DNA of 64,000 nucleotides. Source: Candidatus Cloacimonadales bacterium (GTDB taxonomy: Bacteria; Cloacimonadota; Cloacimonadia; Cloacimonadales; JAFGVF01). How positions within the stretch are numbered: position 1 is the stretch's first letter; each line of letters starts with the position of its first letter. The position numbers and the translations under genes are program-made. The DNA is taken from positions 2,272,001 to 2,336,000 of the forward strand of contig CAXXJV010000001.1 in the NCBI GenBank assembly GCA_963663475.2, read 5' to 3'. Under the pieces are notes generated by a model. That model saw nothing but the letters and a program-made list of their open reading frames with translations, searched no databases and was not told the DNA's origin. Positions 1-9,798 of the stretch are shown here, piece by piece.

Positions 1-209
1 GATAAAAGGAAGACTGGTATTGATAGGGGAATCAGTAAAACAGGAATATAATAGTTCTTACCTTCTTTTATGATATTTCTCATTTCCCACATAGCTGCAA
101 AACTAACTAATCCTAAAAAAACTAATAAAGATATGCCTCCATAGAAATATACTAGTAGAAGCAAAGGAATAAAAATTATGGATACAATAACTCTTTTTAG
201 TAATTCCAT
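1..209 (-). CDS. cdsA: phosphatidate cytidylyltransferase, 5' part (runs off window)
   Basis: Hand translation from the ATG at 209, which overlaps the uppS stop as TAATG: MELLKRVIVSIIFIPLLLLVYFYGG...AMWEM. Typical CdsA N-terminus in the conserved uppS-cdsA order. Confidence 0.85.
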   Translation of the reverse strand, partial: MELLKRVIVSIIFIPLLLLVYFYGGISLLVFLGLVSFAAMWEMRNIIKEGKNYYIPVLLIPLSIPVFLL

Positions 210-946
210 TATACAGCTCCAAATCGTCTATCGCGATTTTGATAATCAATGATCGCTTGCATTAAATTCTCTTTTGAAAAGTCTGGCCAAAGCTCAGGAG
301 TAAACCAAAACTCAGTATAAGCATTTTGCCAAAGTAAATAATTTGAAAGTCTCATCTCCCCGCTAGTTCTAATAAGTAGTTCTGGATCAGGAACACCAGC
401 AGTGTAGAGATAAGAAGATAAAATGTCTTCTGTTACCTCTTGGCAGTCTAATTTTCCAGCTTCTTTATCCTCAATAATTCTATTGACGGCATCTAATATC
501 TCTCTGCGTGAACCATAATTGATGGCTATAAGGACTGTTAATCCAGTATTAGCCAGTGATTTTTCACATGCTTTGTCTATCTGATCAATAAAATTTCCAT
601 CAAGTTCTTTTCTAGAACCAATAAACTTTAATCTTACATTGTTTTTAATTAAATCATCAAATTCTTTAAAAAGGGTGTTAATTATAAGCTTGAATAATCC
701 AGTGATTTCGCTCTTTGGCCTGCTCCAGTTTTCAGTTGAAAATGTGTATAGCGTTAAATATTTAACACCTATTTCATGACATCCTTCAATGACTCTTCTT
801 ACTGCTTCAGCTCCATGCTTATGACCATAAAGTCTGTTTTGCAGACGTTTCTTAGCCCATCTTCCATTACCATCCATTATTACAGCTATATGTTTTGGTA
901 CTCGATTTTTATCTATTCTCTTCATGAGCTCTTGATATCTTTCCAT
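209..946 (-). CDS. uppS: undecaprenyl diphosphate synthase (isoprenyl transferase)
   Basis: HIAVIMDGNGRWAK, FSTENWSRP, RTSGEMRLSNYLLWQ, RRFG motifs. Confidence 0.97.
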   Translation of the reverse strand: MERYQELMKRIDKNRVPKHIAVIMDGNGRWAKKRLQNRLYGHKHGAEAVRRVIEGCHEIGVKYLTLYTFSTENWSRPKSEITGLFKLIINTLFKEFDDLIKNNVRLKFIGSRKELDGNFIDQIDKACEKSLANTGLTVLIAINYGSRREILDAVNRIIEDKEAGKLDCQEVTEDILSSYLYTAGVPDPELLIRTSGEMRLSNYLLWQNAYTEFWFTPELWPDFSKENLMQAIIDYQNRDRRFGAV

Positions 947-2059
947 TAATTATTCTCCGCATTAAGTTTGAGAAATGCATTCATAAAGTCGTTTAAATCT
1001 CCATCCATTACCTTGTCTGTATTTCCAATTTCAAAGTTGGTCCTGTGATCTTTTACCATTTGATAAGGATGAAAAACATAGGAACGAATTTGATTTCCCC
1101 AACCAATTTCTGATTTAGTTTGCTCTTCTGCCTCTCTTTCCTTCTTCCTTTCTTCTTCATAATGTTCATATAATCTTGATTTTAAAATTAACATGGCCTT
1201 TTCTCTATTCTGAATCTGTGATCTTTGATTCTGACAAGATGCGACTATATTAGTAGGAAGATGAGTTATCCTTACTGCAGAATCTGTTGTATTAACATGC
1301 TGACCACCAGCACCACTAGCACGATAAGTATCTATTTTCAGGTCTTTAGGATTTATCTCTACATCAATATCATCTGCTATTTCTGCATAAGCATAAACTG
1401 AAGCGAAGGATGTTTGTCTTTTGCCTTGGGCATTAAAAGGAGAAATTCTTACTAATCTATGAATTCCAATCTCTGATTTTAAGTATCCATAAGCAAACTC
1501 TCCTTCGATTTCAAGTGAAACAGACTTAATACCAGCCTCATCACCAGAAATATAATCTACTATTTCATATTTAAAATTATTCTTCTCGCACCAACGAGTG
1601 TACATCCTTAAAAGCATATCAGCCCAGTCTTGAGACTCTGTTCCACCTGCTCCAGGATGAATACTTAAAATAGCATTATTTTTATCGAATTTGCCATTTA
1701 ATAATAGTTCAACCTCCATTTTATCTATCAGAGGTAATACTCTATTAATATATTTGCTAGTTTCATTGATTAAATCAGATGATTGCTCCTCCTCTTCTTC
1801 TATCATTAAGAAGTAGGTCTCAATATCATCGTAAATTGTGTTAATTTTCTTTATTTTATCTAAGCGGTTTTTTGATTGCGACAATTCAATAGTAACTTTT
1901 CTTGCTGCTTTTTGATCATTCCAAAAATCAGGATTATTCATTAAAGATTCTAATTCTTTTATTTCCTTCTCAGTTGCAGCTTGGTCAAAGTAACCTCCGC
2001 ATGTGAATGATTTTATCTTGAATATCTTCTTTTATCTTCTTTAACTCGAATAGTTCCAT
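946..2059 (-). CDS. prfB: peptide chain release factor 2, translated via a programmed +1 frameshift
   Basis: SPF and GGQ motifs. A 24-codon upstream frame (ATG 2059, MELFELKKIKEDIQDKIIHMRRLL) ends in CTT TGA C and continues in the +1 frame (DQAATEKEIKELESLMNNPDFW) into the 946..1941 ORF. Confidence 0.97.
1984..1998 (-). promoter_or_regulatory. prfB +1 frameshift site: internal SD GGAGG, 3 nt, CTT-TGA-C
   Basis: Minus strand reads CGGAGGTTACTTTGAC, matching the canonical RF2 autoregulatory site. Confidence 0.95.
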
Positions 2060-2154
2060 TAATTCTCCAGATTTATGAATTTATTACATGTTTTTCTTAA
2101 TGGTAAATTAGTCAAGATTTTAAAAATAACCTAGCTTTTAACCACTTTATTTTA

Positions 2155-3444
2155 TCAATTTTGCTTATTTACACTCTTGATATGTAAATCTCTTTGCGGG
2201 AATGGAATCTCAATATTGTTAGCCTTAAAGGAATCCCAAATCTCAATTAATAAATCACTCTTAATGTTTAAAACACCTTTCTGTGGATCATTTATCCAAA
2301 ATTGAACTCTAAAGTTAACTGAAGAATCTCCAAACTCAATTAACTGAACAATTGCCTTAGGCCTTTTAAGTATTCTTTCAACTTTTTTAGTAGCCTCTTC
2401 TAGAAGTTTCATTACCTGATGAATATCAGAATTATAAGACACACCAACATTAACTGACTGCCTAACTAGTTTATTAGAGTGAGACCAATTAACTACTTCA
2501 TTAGTAATAAAAAACTCATTGGGAACAAGGTGTTCTTTACCTTCAATAGTAACAATTGATGTATAACGGGAGCCCATGACTTTGACAGTTCCAAATTGAT
2601 CTGCAACCTCAATAATATCTCCAGGCTTCAAAGAATTATCCAATAATAAGGTTACGCCACTTATTAAGTTTGCTACGACCTTTTGAAGACCAAAACCGAT
2701 ACCAACACCAAGTGCAGATGTAAATAGGGCTAGCGAACCTAAATCTATACCCAGAATATTTATAAATAAAATAGTGGCAAAGACAAAAACTAATACAGTA
2801 ATAGCCTTTATCATCAAAACTTTAATTGTTGGATTTAAATCTTCAGATTGTTCTATTCTTTGTGTAATAAAAGCCATGAAAAGTGTTGCTATTTTAAAAA
2901 TTACTCCAAAATAGACTATAGATCTGATAATACCATAGATAGATATCTTGATACCTGAAATAGTAACCGCTATTGTATCTAGCAAAATGGCTGTATCAGA
3001 ATATAAGTTAAGAATATTGAGTATAATAATAATCCAAGCACTCCAGATAAGAACTTTCTTGAAAAGTTTGTTCTTTATCATCCTTGAAACAACCCTTATT
3101 CCTACCCATAAATATAAAATAATATATATTTGCTCAATAACTGGTAACTTTATCTCTGCATACTTAAATGCTTCATTGGTGAATGATAAAACTATGGCTA
3201 GAATTAGCTTCTTATAAACTGGGTAAATCGAATCATAAAGAATCGAGCCAGCTTGACTTTTCTTGATCCGATAATAATTATTCTTAATTATCTTGTTTAT
3301 TAGGCGATTGAGAAAGAAAGTACCAATTCCTAAAACAAGTAAAATAATAATCTGAAGTAATATATTACTACCTTTGTAAGGCTCAATTACAGATAAGGAT
3401 TTCTCGATTAAAAATGAATAAACTTTATCCATAATTTCTTTCAT
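2155..3444 (-). CDS. mscS: small-conductance mechanosensitive channel family protein
   Basis: Several TM helices, then GVGIGFGLQKVVANLISG, VPN...VVNWS, FGDSSVNF, IEIPFPQRDLH. Confidence 0.92.
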   Translation of the reverse strand: MKEIMDKVYSFLIEKSLSVIEPYKGSNILLQIIILLVLGIGTFFLNRLINKIIKNNYYRIKKSQAGSILYDSIYPVYKKLILAIVLSFTNEAFKYAEIKLPVIEQIYIILYLWVGIRVVSRMIKNKLFKKVLIWSAWIIIILNILNLYSDTAILLDTIAVTISGIKISIYGIIRSIVYFGVIFKIATLFMAFITQRIEQSEDLNPTIKVLMIKAITVLVFVFATILFINILGIDLGSLALFTSALGVGIGFGLQKVVANLISGVTLLLDNSLKPGDIIEVADQFGTVKVMGSRYTSIVTIEGKEHLVPNEFFITNEVVNWSHSNKLVRQSVNVGVSYNSDIHQVMKLLEEATKKVERILKRPKAIVQLIEFGDSSVNFRVQFWINDPQKGVLNIKSDLLIEIWDSFKANNIEIPFPQRDLHIKSVNKQN

Positions 3445-3445
3445 A

Positions 3446-4111
3446 TTACTTAATACCTACTGCTATACCATTATTATTTAAATCAAATTTATATTCATAA
3501 AGTATATTATTATTATTATAAATTTCTTTAGATATCAGACTTCCTGCTTTGTCATAATTAAATTTATATTGAGCATTGCTATCATTCCAGTCAATTGATT
3601 TAATTCTATTATCGCTACTTAGTATCTTAGCAGAATATACTACTGACCTACCTAAGATATTGAAATTATCATATTTAATGTTAAATGGAATTACCTGCAC
3701 AGATGTTGGTCGCTCATCCTTATAAGTAAGCACAAACTTTACTAGATCTCTGCTATTTAAAAAGGTATATTCTTTAGAATTACTTTTCGTATTAATGTTT
3801 ATCTCACTAAACTCTTTATTAACATTGAAGATATACTTATTCAACTCATGAAAATAATTTCCAATAGAAGAGAAAGATTTAATCTTAACTAATTGCTGAT
3901 TCTCATAGAAGAACTGAAAGTATTCATTATTTTCAAGTTGATCTTGTTCAAGTTCATTAACTCCTGTTAAGGTTAAGTCATTATTAACTTTAATAAATTG
4001 GTAGTATTTTTCATACTTGCCTTTAGTTATAGTTTGCTTTTCTTCGAATCTGCTGCAAGATAAGGTGAAAATAATTAACGTAATTAGTAACAATATATAC
4101 TTATATTTCAT
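3446..4111 (-). CDS. hypothetical lipoprotein
   Basis: Signal peptide with lipobox TLSC; GGAG SD upstream. Confidence 0.7.
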   Translation of the reverse strand: MKYKYILLLITLIIFTLSCSRFEEKQTITKGKYEKYYQFIKVNNDLTLTGVNELEQDQLENNEYFQFFYENQQLVKIKSFSSIGNYFHELNKYIFNVNKEFSEININTKSNSKEYTFLNSRDLVKFVLTYKDERPTSVQVIPFNIKYDNFNILGRSVVYSAKILSSDNRIKSIDWNDSNAQYKFNYDKAGSLISKEIYNNNNILYEYKFDLNNNGIAVGIK

Positions 4112-4187
4112 AATGACTCCTATTATAATTAAATGATAATAATAAATATTACCTTTAAGAGAATCTTGTCAATATAAAAGCATAAAT

Positions 4188-5576
4188 TTATTTTTTCTCC
4201 CATTTAGTACCATCTTTAGTATCTAATAACTGAATACCTTCTTTTAGAAGTTCATCCCTAATCTTATCAGATAACGCCCAATTCTTATTCTCTTTAGCAC
4301 TATTGCGGATATCAATCAAAATGGATAATAACTTACTAGATAGATCACCCAAATCATTTGATAATTTAGCAGCTAGATCCTGGAAAAAGCCTAAAACACT
4401 TCCTAATTCTACAAGTAAATTAGCTGCTTGCTTTCTATTTTCTTCATTTTCTTTAGTTGATTTTATAGTTTTAGCTAAATCGAACATTACTGATAAGGCT
4501 TTTGCAGTATTGAAATCATCATCCATCGCAGTAATGAACTCAGTTTTTTTACCTTCAAATCTGTCTGAGTAATTTACTTCTTCATCTCTAGATGTAAAAT
4601 TTATTGATTTTAGAGCAGAATAGAAGTTTTTCACTGCTGTATCTGATTCTTGCATTATAGAGCGATTAAAATCAATAGGTGATCTGTAATGCTTTGACAA
4701 GAAGAAAAAGCGAATCGCTTCAGCATTATATTCTTTTAAAATGTCTCGTGCAGTAAAGAAGTTGTTTAGACTTTTAGACATCTTCTCACCTTCAATATTA
4801 ATAAAACCATTATGCATCCAGTAATTGGCTAAAGGCTTATTAGATAGAGCTTGAGCTTGAGCATTTTCATTTTCATGATGAGGAAAAACTAAATCAACTC
4901 CTCCTCCATGAATATCAAATGATTGGCATTGGAGATATTTTTGAGAAAGCACTACACATTCAGAATGCCAACCAGGTCTGCCTTGTCCCCAAGGAGAATT
5001 CCATGTTGGTTCATCTGGTTTAGCTTTCTTCCACAGTGTAAAATCAGCTGGATGTCTTTTATTCGTGTTAGCTTCTACTCTTGCTCCAGCTTTTTGATCA
5101 TCTATTTTCTTCCCTGAGAGCATTCCATAGTCTTTGAAACTTTCAACAGAAAAATAAACATCACCCTTTACTTCATAAGCAAAACCTTTATTCTCTAAAT
5201 CTTTTATAAGTTTTATTATCTCACCAATAACTTCTGAGGCCTTAGGTTGAAAGTCAGGTTTTCTAATGCCTAATTTCTCGGTATCTTCCTGGAAAGCTGC
5301 AATATATTTTTTAGCTATTTGCTTAAAAGAGGAATTATCTTCAATTGCTTTGTTTATAATTTTGTCATCAATATCGGTAATGTTTTGGGCATAGGTGACT
5401 TGATAGCCTTTGTACTCAAAGTAATTTCTAACCACATCAAAAAAAACAAATGGACGGGCATTCCCAATATGGAAATAGTTATAAACTGTAGGTCCACAGG
5501 CATACATTTTAACCTTATTAGCTTCTATAGGTTTAAATTCTTCTTTCTTTTTGGTTAATGTATTATATATTTTCAT
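4188..5576 (-). CDS. cysS: cysteine--tRNA ligase
   Basis: CGPTVY, HIGN, GRPGWH, DIHGGG, KMSKS. Confidence 0.98.
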   Translation of the reverse strand: MKIYNTLTKKKEEFKPIEANKVKMYACGPTVYNYFHIGNARPFVFFDVVRNYFEYKGYQVTYAQNITDIDDKIINKAIEDNSSFKQIAKKYIAAFQEDTEKLGIRKPDFQPKASEVIGEIIKLIKDLENKGFAYEVKGDVYFSVESFKDYGMLSGKKIDDQKAGARVEANTNKRHPADFTLWKKAKPDEPTWNSPWGQGRPGWHSECVVLSQKYLQCQSFDIHGGGVDLVFPHHENENAQAQALSNKPLANYWMHNGFINIEGEKMSKSLNNFFTARDILKEYNAEAIRFFFLSKHYRSPIDFNRSIMQESDTAVKNFYSALKSINFTSRDEEVNYSDRFEGKKTEFITAMDDDFNTAKALSVMFDLAKTIKSTKENEENRKQAANLLVELGSVLGFFQDLAAKLSNDLGDLSSKLLSILIDIRNSAKENKNWALSDKIRDELLKEGIQLLDTKDGTKWEKK

Positions 5577-6141
5577 TTTTATCCTCAGTAATATTTATAT
5601 TTTCGTTATTAGTTTCAATGATAGTAAGACTTGCCATTTTTTTATCACAATTATAAGATATCATTGAATGATATTTGTCAGGTATTGATTCTTTGCGTGA
5701 ATGTTCAATAAGAATAGCACCATTAATATTTAAAAGATTATTTTCAATTATTAAATCTATAGTTTTTCCTATTAGACCTTTATCATAGGGAGGATCAACT
5801 AGAATTACATCATATTTATCTTGGCTTTTCTTAAGAAAAGAAAGAACATTCCTTTTATGAATTCGGCAAAGATTTTTTGTTTTAGTTTTTTCTATATTAG
5901 CAAAAAGAGCTTGTAGTGCATTGTTAGACATTTCAACAAAGTCTGCAGTTTTGGCTCCTCTGCTAAGAGCTTCTAAACCTAAGGCTCCAGTTCCAGCAAA
6001 AAGATCTAGCACTTTTTTATCTTCTAAATCTTGATATACAGAGAATATATACTCTCTAAAGTAATCAGTAGTCGGTCTGGTGCTTTTCCCATTCACAGAG
6101 AAAATATTCATACCTTTAAATTTTCCAGCAATAATTCTCAT
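5563..6141 (-). CDS. rsmD: 16S rRNA m2G966 methyltransferase
   Basis: MRIIAG, TRPTTD, LDLFAGTGALGLEALSRGA, DPPY. Confidence 0.95.
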   Translation of the reverse strand: MRIIAGKFKGMNIFSVNGKSTRPTTDYFREYIFSVYQDLEDKKVLDLFAGTGALGLEALSRGAKTADFVEMSNNALQALFANIEKTKTKNLCRIHKRNVLSFLKKSQDKYDVILVDPPYDKGLIGKTIDLIIENNLLNINGAILIEHSRKESIPDKYHSMISYNCDKKMASLTIIETNNENINITEDKNENI

Positions 6142-6305
6142 TTCTTTTTCCTTGAATAACCTGTAAATTTTATTTCTAACTGTTCTTCTTTTTGTTGAAA
6201 GTTAGGACATGTTAATAGTTCCAGTGTTTTTAACTGCTTACACTTTTTTTTACACTTGAGACACAAGGAATTATATTCAGTTTTATCTTTATCTTTTATA
6301 TTCAT
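6138..6305 (-). CDS. small Cys-rich protein, 55 aa (not in the ORF track)
   Basis: Hand translation MNIKDKDKTEYNSLCLKCKKKCKQLKTLELLTCPNFQQKEEQLEIKFTGYSRKKK*. Fills the gap, and its stop overlaps the rsmD start (ATGA). Confidence 0.7.
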   Translation of the reverse strand: MNIKDKDKTEYNSLCLKCKKKCKQLKTLELLTCPNFQQKEEQLEIKFTGYSRKKK

Positions 6306-6312
6306 AATCTAT

Positions 6313-6981
6313 TTAGCTGTTTTCTAATTTAATTGATGATAAAAGGAGGAAAAGGTCTCCTATCTTGATTTCAGAAATCTTTGTATCTTTACTATAATAA
6401 GTATAGAGAATATTAACAAAGTCTTCAACTGTTACTTCTGGGTTAATATCATTACTAGATTCTAGGATTTCTTTATAACTTTGATCAAATTTATTTTCCA
6501 CTACATCCTCTACATCACTGTCATTTTTACTATCTTTCTGCTTTGTAAAAATAGTTACAAGTTCATCATTTTGGTTAAAATAAAATTCTTCAGAAGGAAC
6601 AATTTTAAAGTAACTCTTTTCTTCATCTTTAAAAAGTAAATTTATTAAAGAATCATATTCTGGAAGTAAAACATTTTCTTGAAAACCAACTTCATCTCTA
6701 GAGAGATTTTTAACTGTATCGTTCAATGGGGTCTCAATATCAATCTCTTGATTGAGCGAGACTAGCTTTTTTGAAAGTGGTTCTGTCTCTACTTCTGAAT
6801 CATAATTTGGATCAGATTTTGCCTTAATTTCACTTATCTTATCTGCAAAATCATACTTACCAGATTTATGTAAGTAGGCATAGACTCTCAGTGCATCTTG
6901 ATACAAACCCTGCTGTTCATAAAGTTTCGCAAGAGTTGGTGTTGGATTAAATTTAAACTTCAGTTTAGACTCCTTAATCAT
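6313..6981 (-). CDS. hypothetical protein with a single N-terminal TPR-like motif
   Basis: TPTLAKLYEQQGLYQDALRVY followed by an acidic low-complexity region. Confidence 0.6.
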   Translation of the reverse strand: MIKESKLKFKFNPTPTLAKLYEQQGLYQDALRVYAYLHKSGKYDFADKISEIKAKSDPNYDSEVETEPLSKKLVSLNQEIDIETPLNDTVKNLSRDEVGFQENVLLPEYDSLINLLFKDEEKSYFKIVPSEEFYFNQNDELVTIFTKQKDSKNDSDVEDVVENKFDQSYKEILESSNDINPEVTVEDFVNILYTYYSKDTKISEIKIGDLFLLLSSIKLENS

Positions 6982-6983
6982 TA

Positions 6984-7604
6984 TTATGAACCTACATAAA
7001 ATAATTCTTCTATTTTAGCAAGAGTTTTTTTGCCAATACCTTTGATAACTAGAAGCTCATTAAGGTCGGAAATCCCTTTATTCTGCTGAATAAATTCATA
7101 TATCAAACTAGCTTTTTTTACTCCAATACCTTTTACTTTTGTTAAATTTTCTATACTTGCAAGATTTATATTCATTTTATCTGAATGAGAATTTTCTTTA
7201 GCAAGAATAATCTCTTGTCCACTATTGTTTAAGCTATCATTCTTTAGTTTTTCCAGATATGGCAACCATTTAGCAAGAGTCTTCTCTCCTATTCCTTTAA
7301 TCAGTAAAAGGTCTTTATTGGAAGTGATTTCAAAAGTATCTCTTAAAGCAATAATTTTATCAGCTGTTTTTGGTCCCAGACCTTTTATTTGTATCATTTC
7401 ATCCTTAGAAGCTGTAATAATATTTATTGATAGTTCATAAGGGTCTTTAATGTCGGCAAGTAAAGAATCTTGATTAACTTCATCAGAATAAAGGTAATTA
7501 CTCGAGATATTGAAGGCTATGATTGAAATAAAGGAGACAAGAATTAGTAGGTAGAGAAGTCTCTGTTCACTAGGTGTAAGATAGTTTCGTAAATAATTCT
7601 TCAT
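6984..7604 (-). CDS. ComEA-like helix-hairpin-helix DNA-binding membrane protein
   Basis: N-terminal TM helix and four HhH motifs (IKGLGPKTA, IKGIGEKT, VKGIGVKKA, IKGIGKKT). Confidence 0.85.
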   Translation of the reverse strand: MKNYLRNYLTPSEQRLLYLLILVSFISIIAFNISSNYLYSDEVNQDSLLADIKDPYELSINIITASKDEMIQIKGLGPKTADKIIALRDTFEITSNKDLLLIKGIGEKTLAKWLPYLEKLKNDSLNNSGQEIILAKENSHSDKMNINLASIENLTKVKGIGVKKASLIYEFIQQNKGISDLNELLVIKGIGKKTLAKIEELFYVGS

Positions 7605-7608
7605 GATA

Positions 7609-8001
7609 TTATTTTTTTATTTTCACAAAGGTAGCATTAGCTTCCGCACAGATATGACCATCAAACTCAATTTTCCCTATGGTCTTATAGGTTCTACTTT
7701 TTTCTTGAACAATTTGTCCGATAATCTTGACTTCTTTTCCTGTGGGGATTGGTCTACGATATTTAATTATAATCTCCCCTGTTACAGCTTCTTGGCCATA
7801 TTTCAGAATAACTTTAGCCATTGCTTCGTCCAAAAGTGTTGCCACAATTCCACCGTGAGTGATACCATCGTAACCCTGAAAGTTTTCGGCAATACAGTGA
7901 TAAGCTATTGCTTGATTTTCAGTGTATTCAAAAGTTAATTTCAGTCCTATTGGATTATCTTTTCCGCAAGCAAAGCATTTATCATATATAGCTTCTTTCA
8001 T
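7609..8001 (-). CDS. PaaI-family (hotdog) thioesterase
   Basis: CFACGKDNPIGL, HGGIVATLLDEAM. Confidence 0.9.
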   Translation of the reverse strand: MKEAIYDKCFACGKDNPIGLKLTFEYTENQAIAYHCIAENFQGYDGITHGGIVATLLDEAMAKVILKYGQEAVTGEIIIKYRRPIPTGKEVKIIGQIVQEKSRTYKTIGKIEFDGHICAEANATFVKIKK

Positions 8002-8140
8002 AATTTCTCCAAGTTTATATTTATTTAATTCAATTATAAAAAGAATAAATATTTGGTAAAGAAATTTTTACTATAATCTATAAAAAAAGAGTTATTTTTC
8101 TTATAGATAGATTATTTGCTCACTTTTGATCAAATTAGTA

Positions 8141-8168
8141 TTGACACTATCTAATCAAATTTTATTAT
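8141..8168 (+). promoter_or_regulatory. putative sigma70 promoter for the 8216-14263 gene run
   Basis: TTGACA-16 nt-TATTAT upstream of the 8216 ATG. Confidence 0.5.
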
Positions 8169-8215
8169 AGTATTGAGTGTAAATATAAAAATCAAAGGAT
8201 ATACTTATTTTAAAG

Positions 8216-8806
8216 ATGAAAAAAATTATAAAAAGTTTATTATTACTTGTACTTATTCTTCTTAGCTCCTGTGGTCTTTTTGAGCCCAGAGATAATGAAG
8301 AGCCAGAAAACCCAGCTGAATGGATTGATTATCCTATTAACAGGGAGCAAGTACTTATGAATCTAAAATTCTCTTATAAGTATCCAGAAAATCAAAATAA
8401 ATATAACGAAATTTTTACTGATGATTTTATCTTCGAGTTTGCTTCGCAAGATATTTCTGAGCATTCAACCCCTAGTCAGATTGATTTCCAAGAGGAAGCT
8501 AGCATCATTTTTAATATGCACAAAATTCTTGGAGATTATAATGAAATGGTTAGAATAGATTCACTTACCAAAATTGAAGGGCAAGAAGATATTCTTGATT
8601 CTGCTTCAGCAATACTTTTTCGTAATTATTACCTTAAGGTTATGGATGCTAATACTGAAATTGAATTAAGAAATTACCGTGGTAAAGCACAATTTAACCT
8701 AGTACAAGATCCTGAGACTAGTCTATGGAAGATAGAGAGCTGGAAGGATTTTAGAACAACTACAAATGAAACATGGGGACTTTTTAAAAATGAATATTTA
8801 TTCTAA
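8216..8806 (+). CDS. hypothetical lipoprotein (possible NTF2-like fold)
   Basis: Lipobox LSSC; C-terminal WKIESWKD resembles the next gene. Confidence 0.7.
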   Translation: MKKIIKSLLLLVLILLSSCGLFEPRDNEEPENPAEWIDYPINREQVLMNLKFSYKYPENQNKYNEIFTDDFIFEFASQDISEHSTPSQIDFQEEASIIFNMHKILGDYNEMVRIDSLTKIEGQEDILDSASAILFRNYYLKVMDANTEIELRNYRGKAQFNLVQDPETSLWKIESWKDFRTTTNETWGLFKNEYLF

Positions 8807-9371
8807 GATTGCTATAATAGCCTTAATTATGTTAATGATAACTGCCTGCGAGAATCCTTTTAACCCATCTTCTAATGATGTTAATACAAGTACAGATTTC
8901 ACGCCAAATGATGAACCTACTGATTTGCTTAGAAATTTAGAAGATTCATATAGACAAAAAAATCTTGATTTATATAAGTATTGTTTAGCTGAGGATTTTA
9001 GATTTCAATTAATTTCTACAGAAGTTAGTGATATAGGAATTGATTTAGATAATGATGGTTTTGCTGATGATGAATGGGGCTTTCAGGAAGAGATCCAGTA
9101 TCATGAGAACTTATTTGAAAGTGGTTCTTCAGATGGACAATATCCTCCTCCAGATCAAATAGATCTTTCTTTTGGAGGTGAACCAATAATAGATGATGAT
9201 ACTGAAGATGGTCATGAAGGATGGAAAATCCTATCTTCATACTTTACTTTAAATCTAAGATTCGATGATGGGTCAAATTTAAGTGCTCTAGGTTATGTTC
9301 GCTTTTATTTAAAGCCAATAGATGGAGAGTGGAAGATAGCGATTTGGCGTGATGAATCAAATATTTATTAG
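8790..9371 (+). CDS. hypothetical lipoprotein (possible NTF2-like fold) with a DxDxDG loop
   Basis: The ATG at 8790 gives a clean signal peptide and lipobox (MNIYSKIAIIALIMLMITAC); the ORF track start is 8766. Contains DLDNDGFADD and WKIAIWRDES. Confidence 0.7.
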   Translation: MNIYSKIAIIALIMLMITACENPFNPSSNDVNTSTDFTPNDEPTDLLRNLEDSYRQKNLDLYKYCLAEDFRFQLISTEVSDIGIDLDNDGFADDEWGFQEEIQYHENLFESGSSDGQYPPPDQIDLSFGGEPIIDDDTEDGHEGWKILSSYFTLNLRFDDGSNLSALGYVRFYLKPIDGEWKIAIWRDESNIY

Positions 9372-9382
9372 GATATAAATTT

Positions 9383-9793
9383 ATGGATAGATTATTAGCA
9401 ATTGATTATGGAGAAAAGAGAATAGGAATAGCCTTATCAGATCCTTTAAAGATGTTTTCTAAACCTTTTAAAGTCTTAAGTAACTCTGGCAAACAGAAAT
9501 TCATAGCTGAATTAAAAGATTTAATCAGAGAGCAATCTGTATCTAAGGTAATTTTAGGACATCCTTTGGGAGAAAGCGGACAAGAGACAAAAAAGACTTT
9601 AGAAGTTTTAAAGATTCACAAGCTACTCGTCAAATCTTTAGATGTTGAAGTAATACTCCATGATGAAAGATTTACAAGCGTAGATGCTAATAATGAATTA
9701 AAAAAATTAGGCTACAATTATATGGAAGCAAAAAAATTTATAGATATGGTAGCGGCAAGTATGATTTTAAAATCATATATGGAGAGGTATTAG
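9383..9793 (+). CDS. ruvX: putative pre-16S rRNA nuclease / Holliday junction resolvase-like YqgF
   Basis: LAIDYGEKRIGIALSD, DERFTS, IDMVAA. Confidence 0.93.
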   Translation: MDRLLAIDYGEKRIGIALSDPLKMFSKPFKVLSNSGKQKFIAELKDLIREQSVSKVILGHPLGESGQETKKTLEVLKIHKLLVKSLDVEVILHDERFTSVDANNELKKLGYNYMEAKKFIDMVAASMILKSYMERY

Positions 9794-9798
9794 TTAGC

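Noticed and set aside
946-1941. prfB as an N-terminally truncated gene or pseudogene
   Set aside because: Explained by the canonical programmed +1 frameshift
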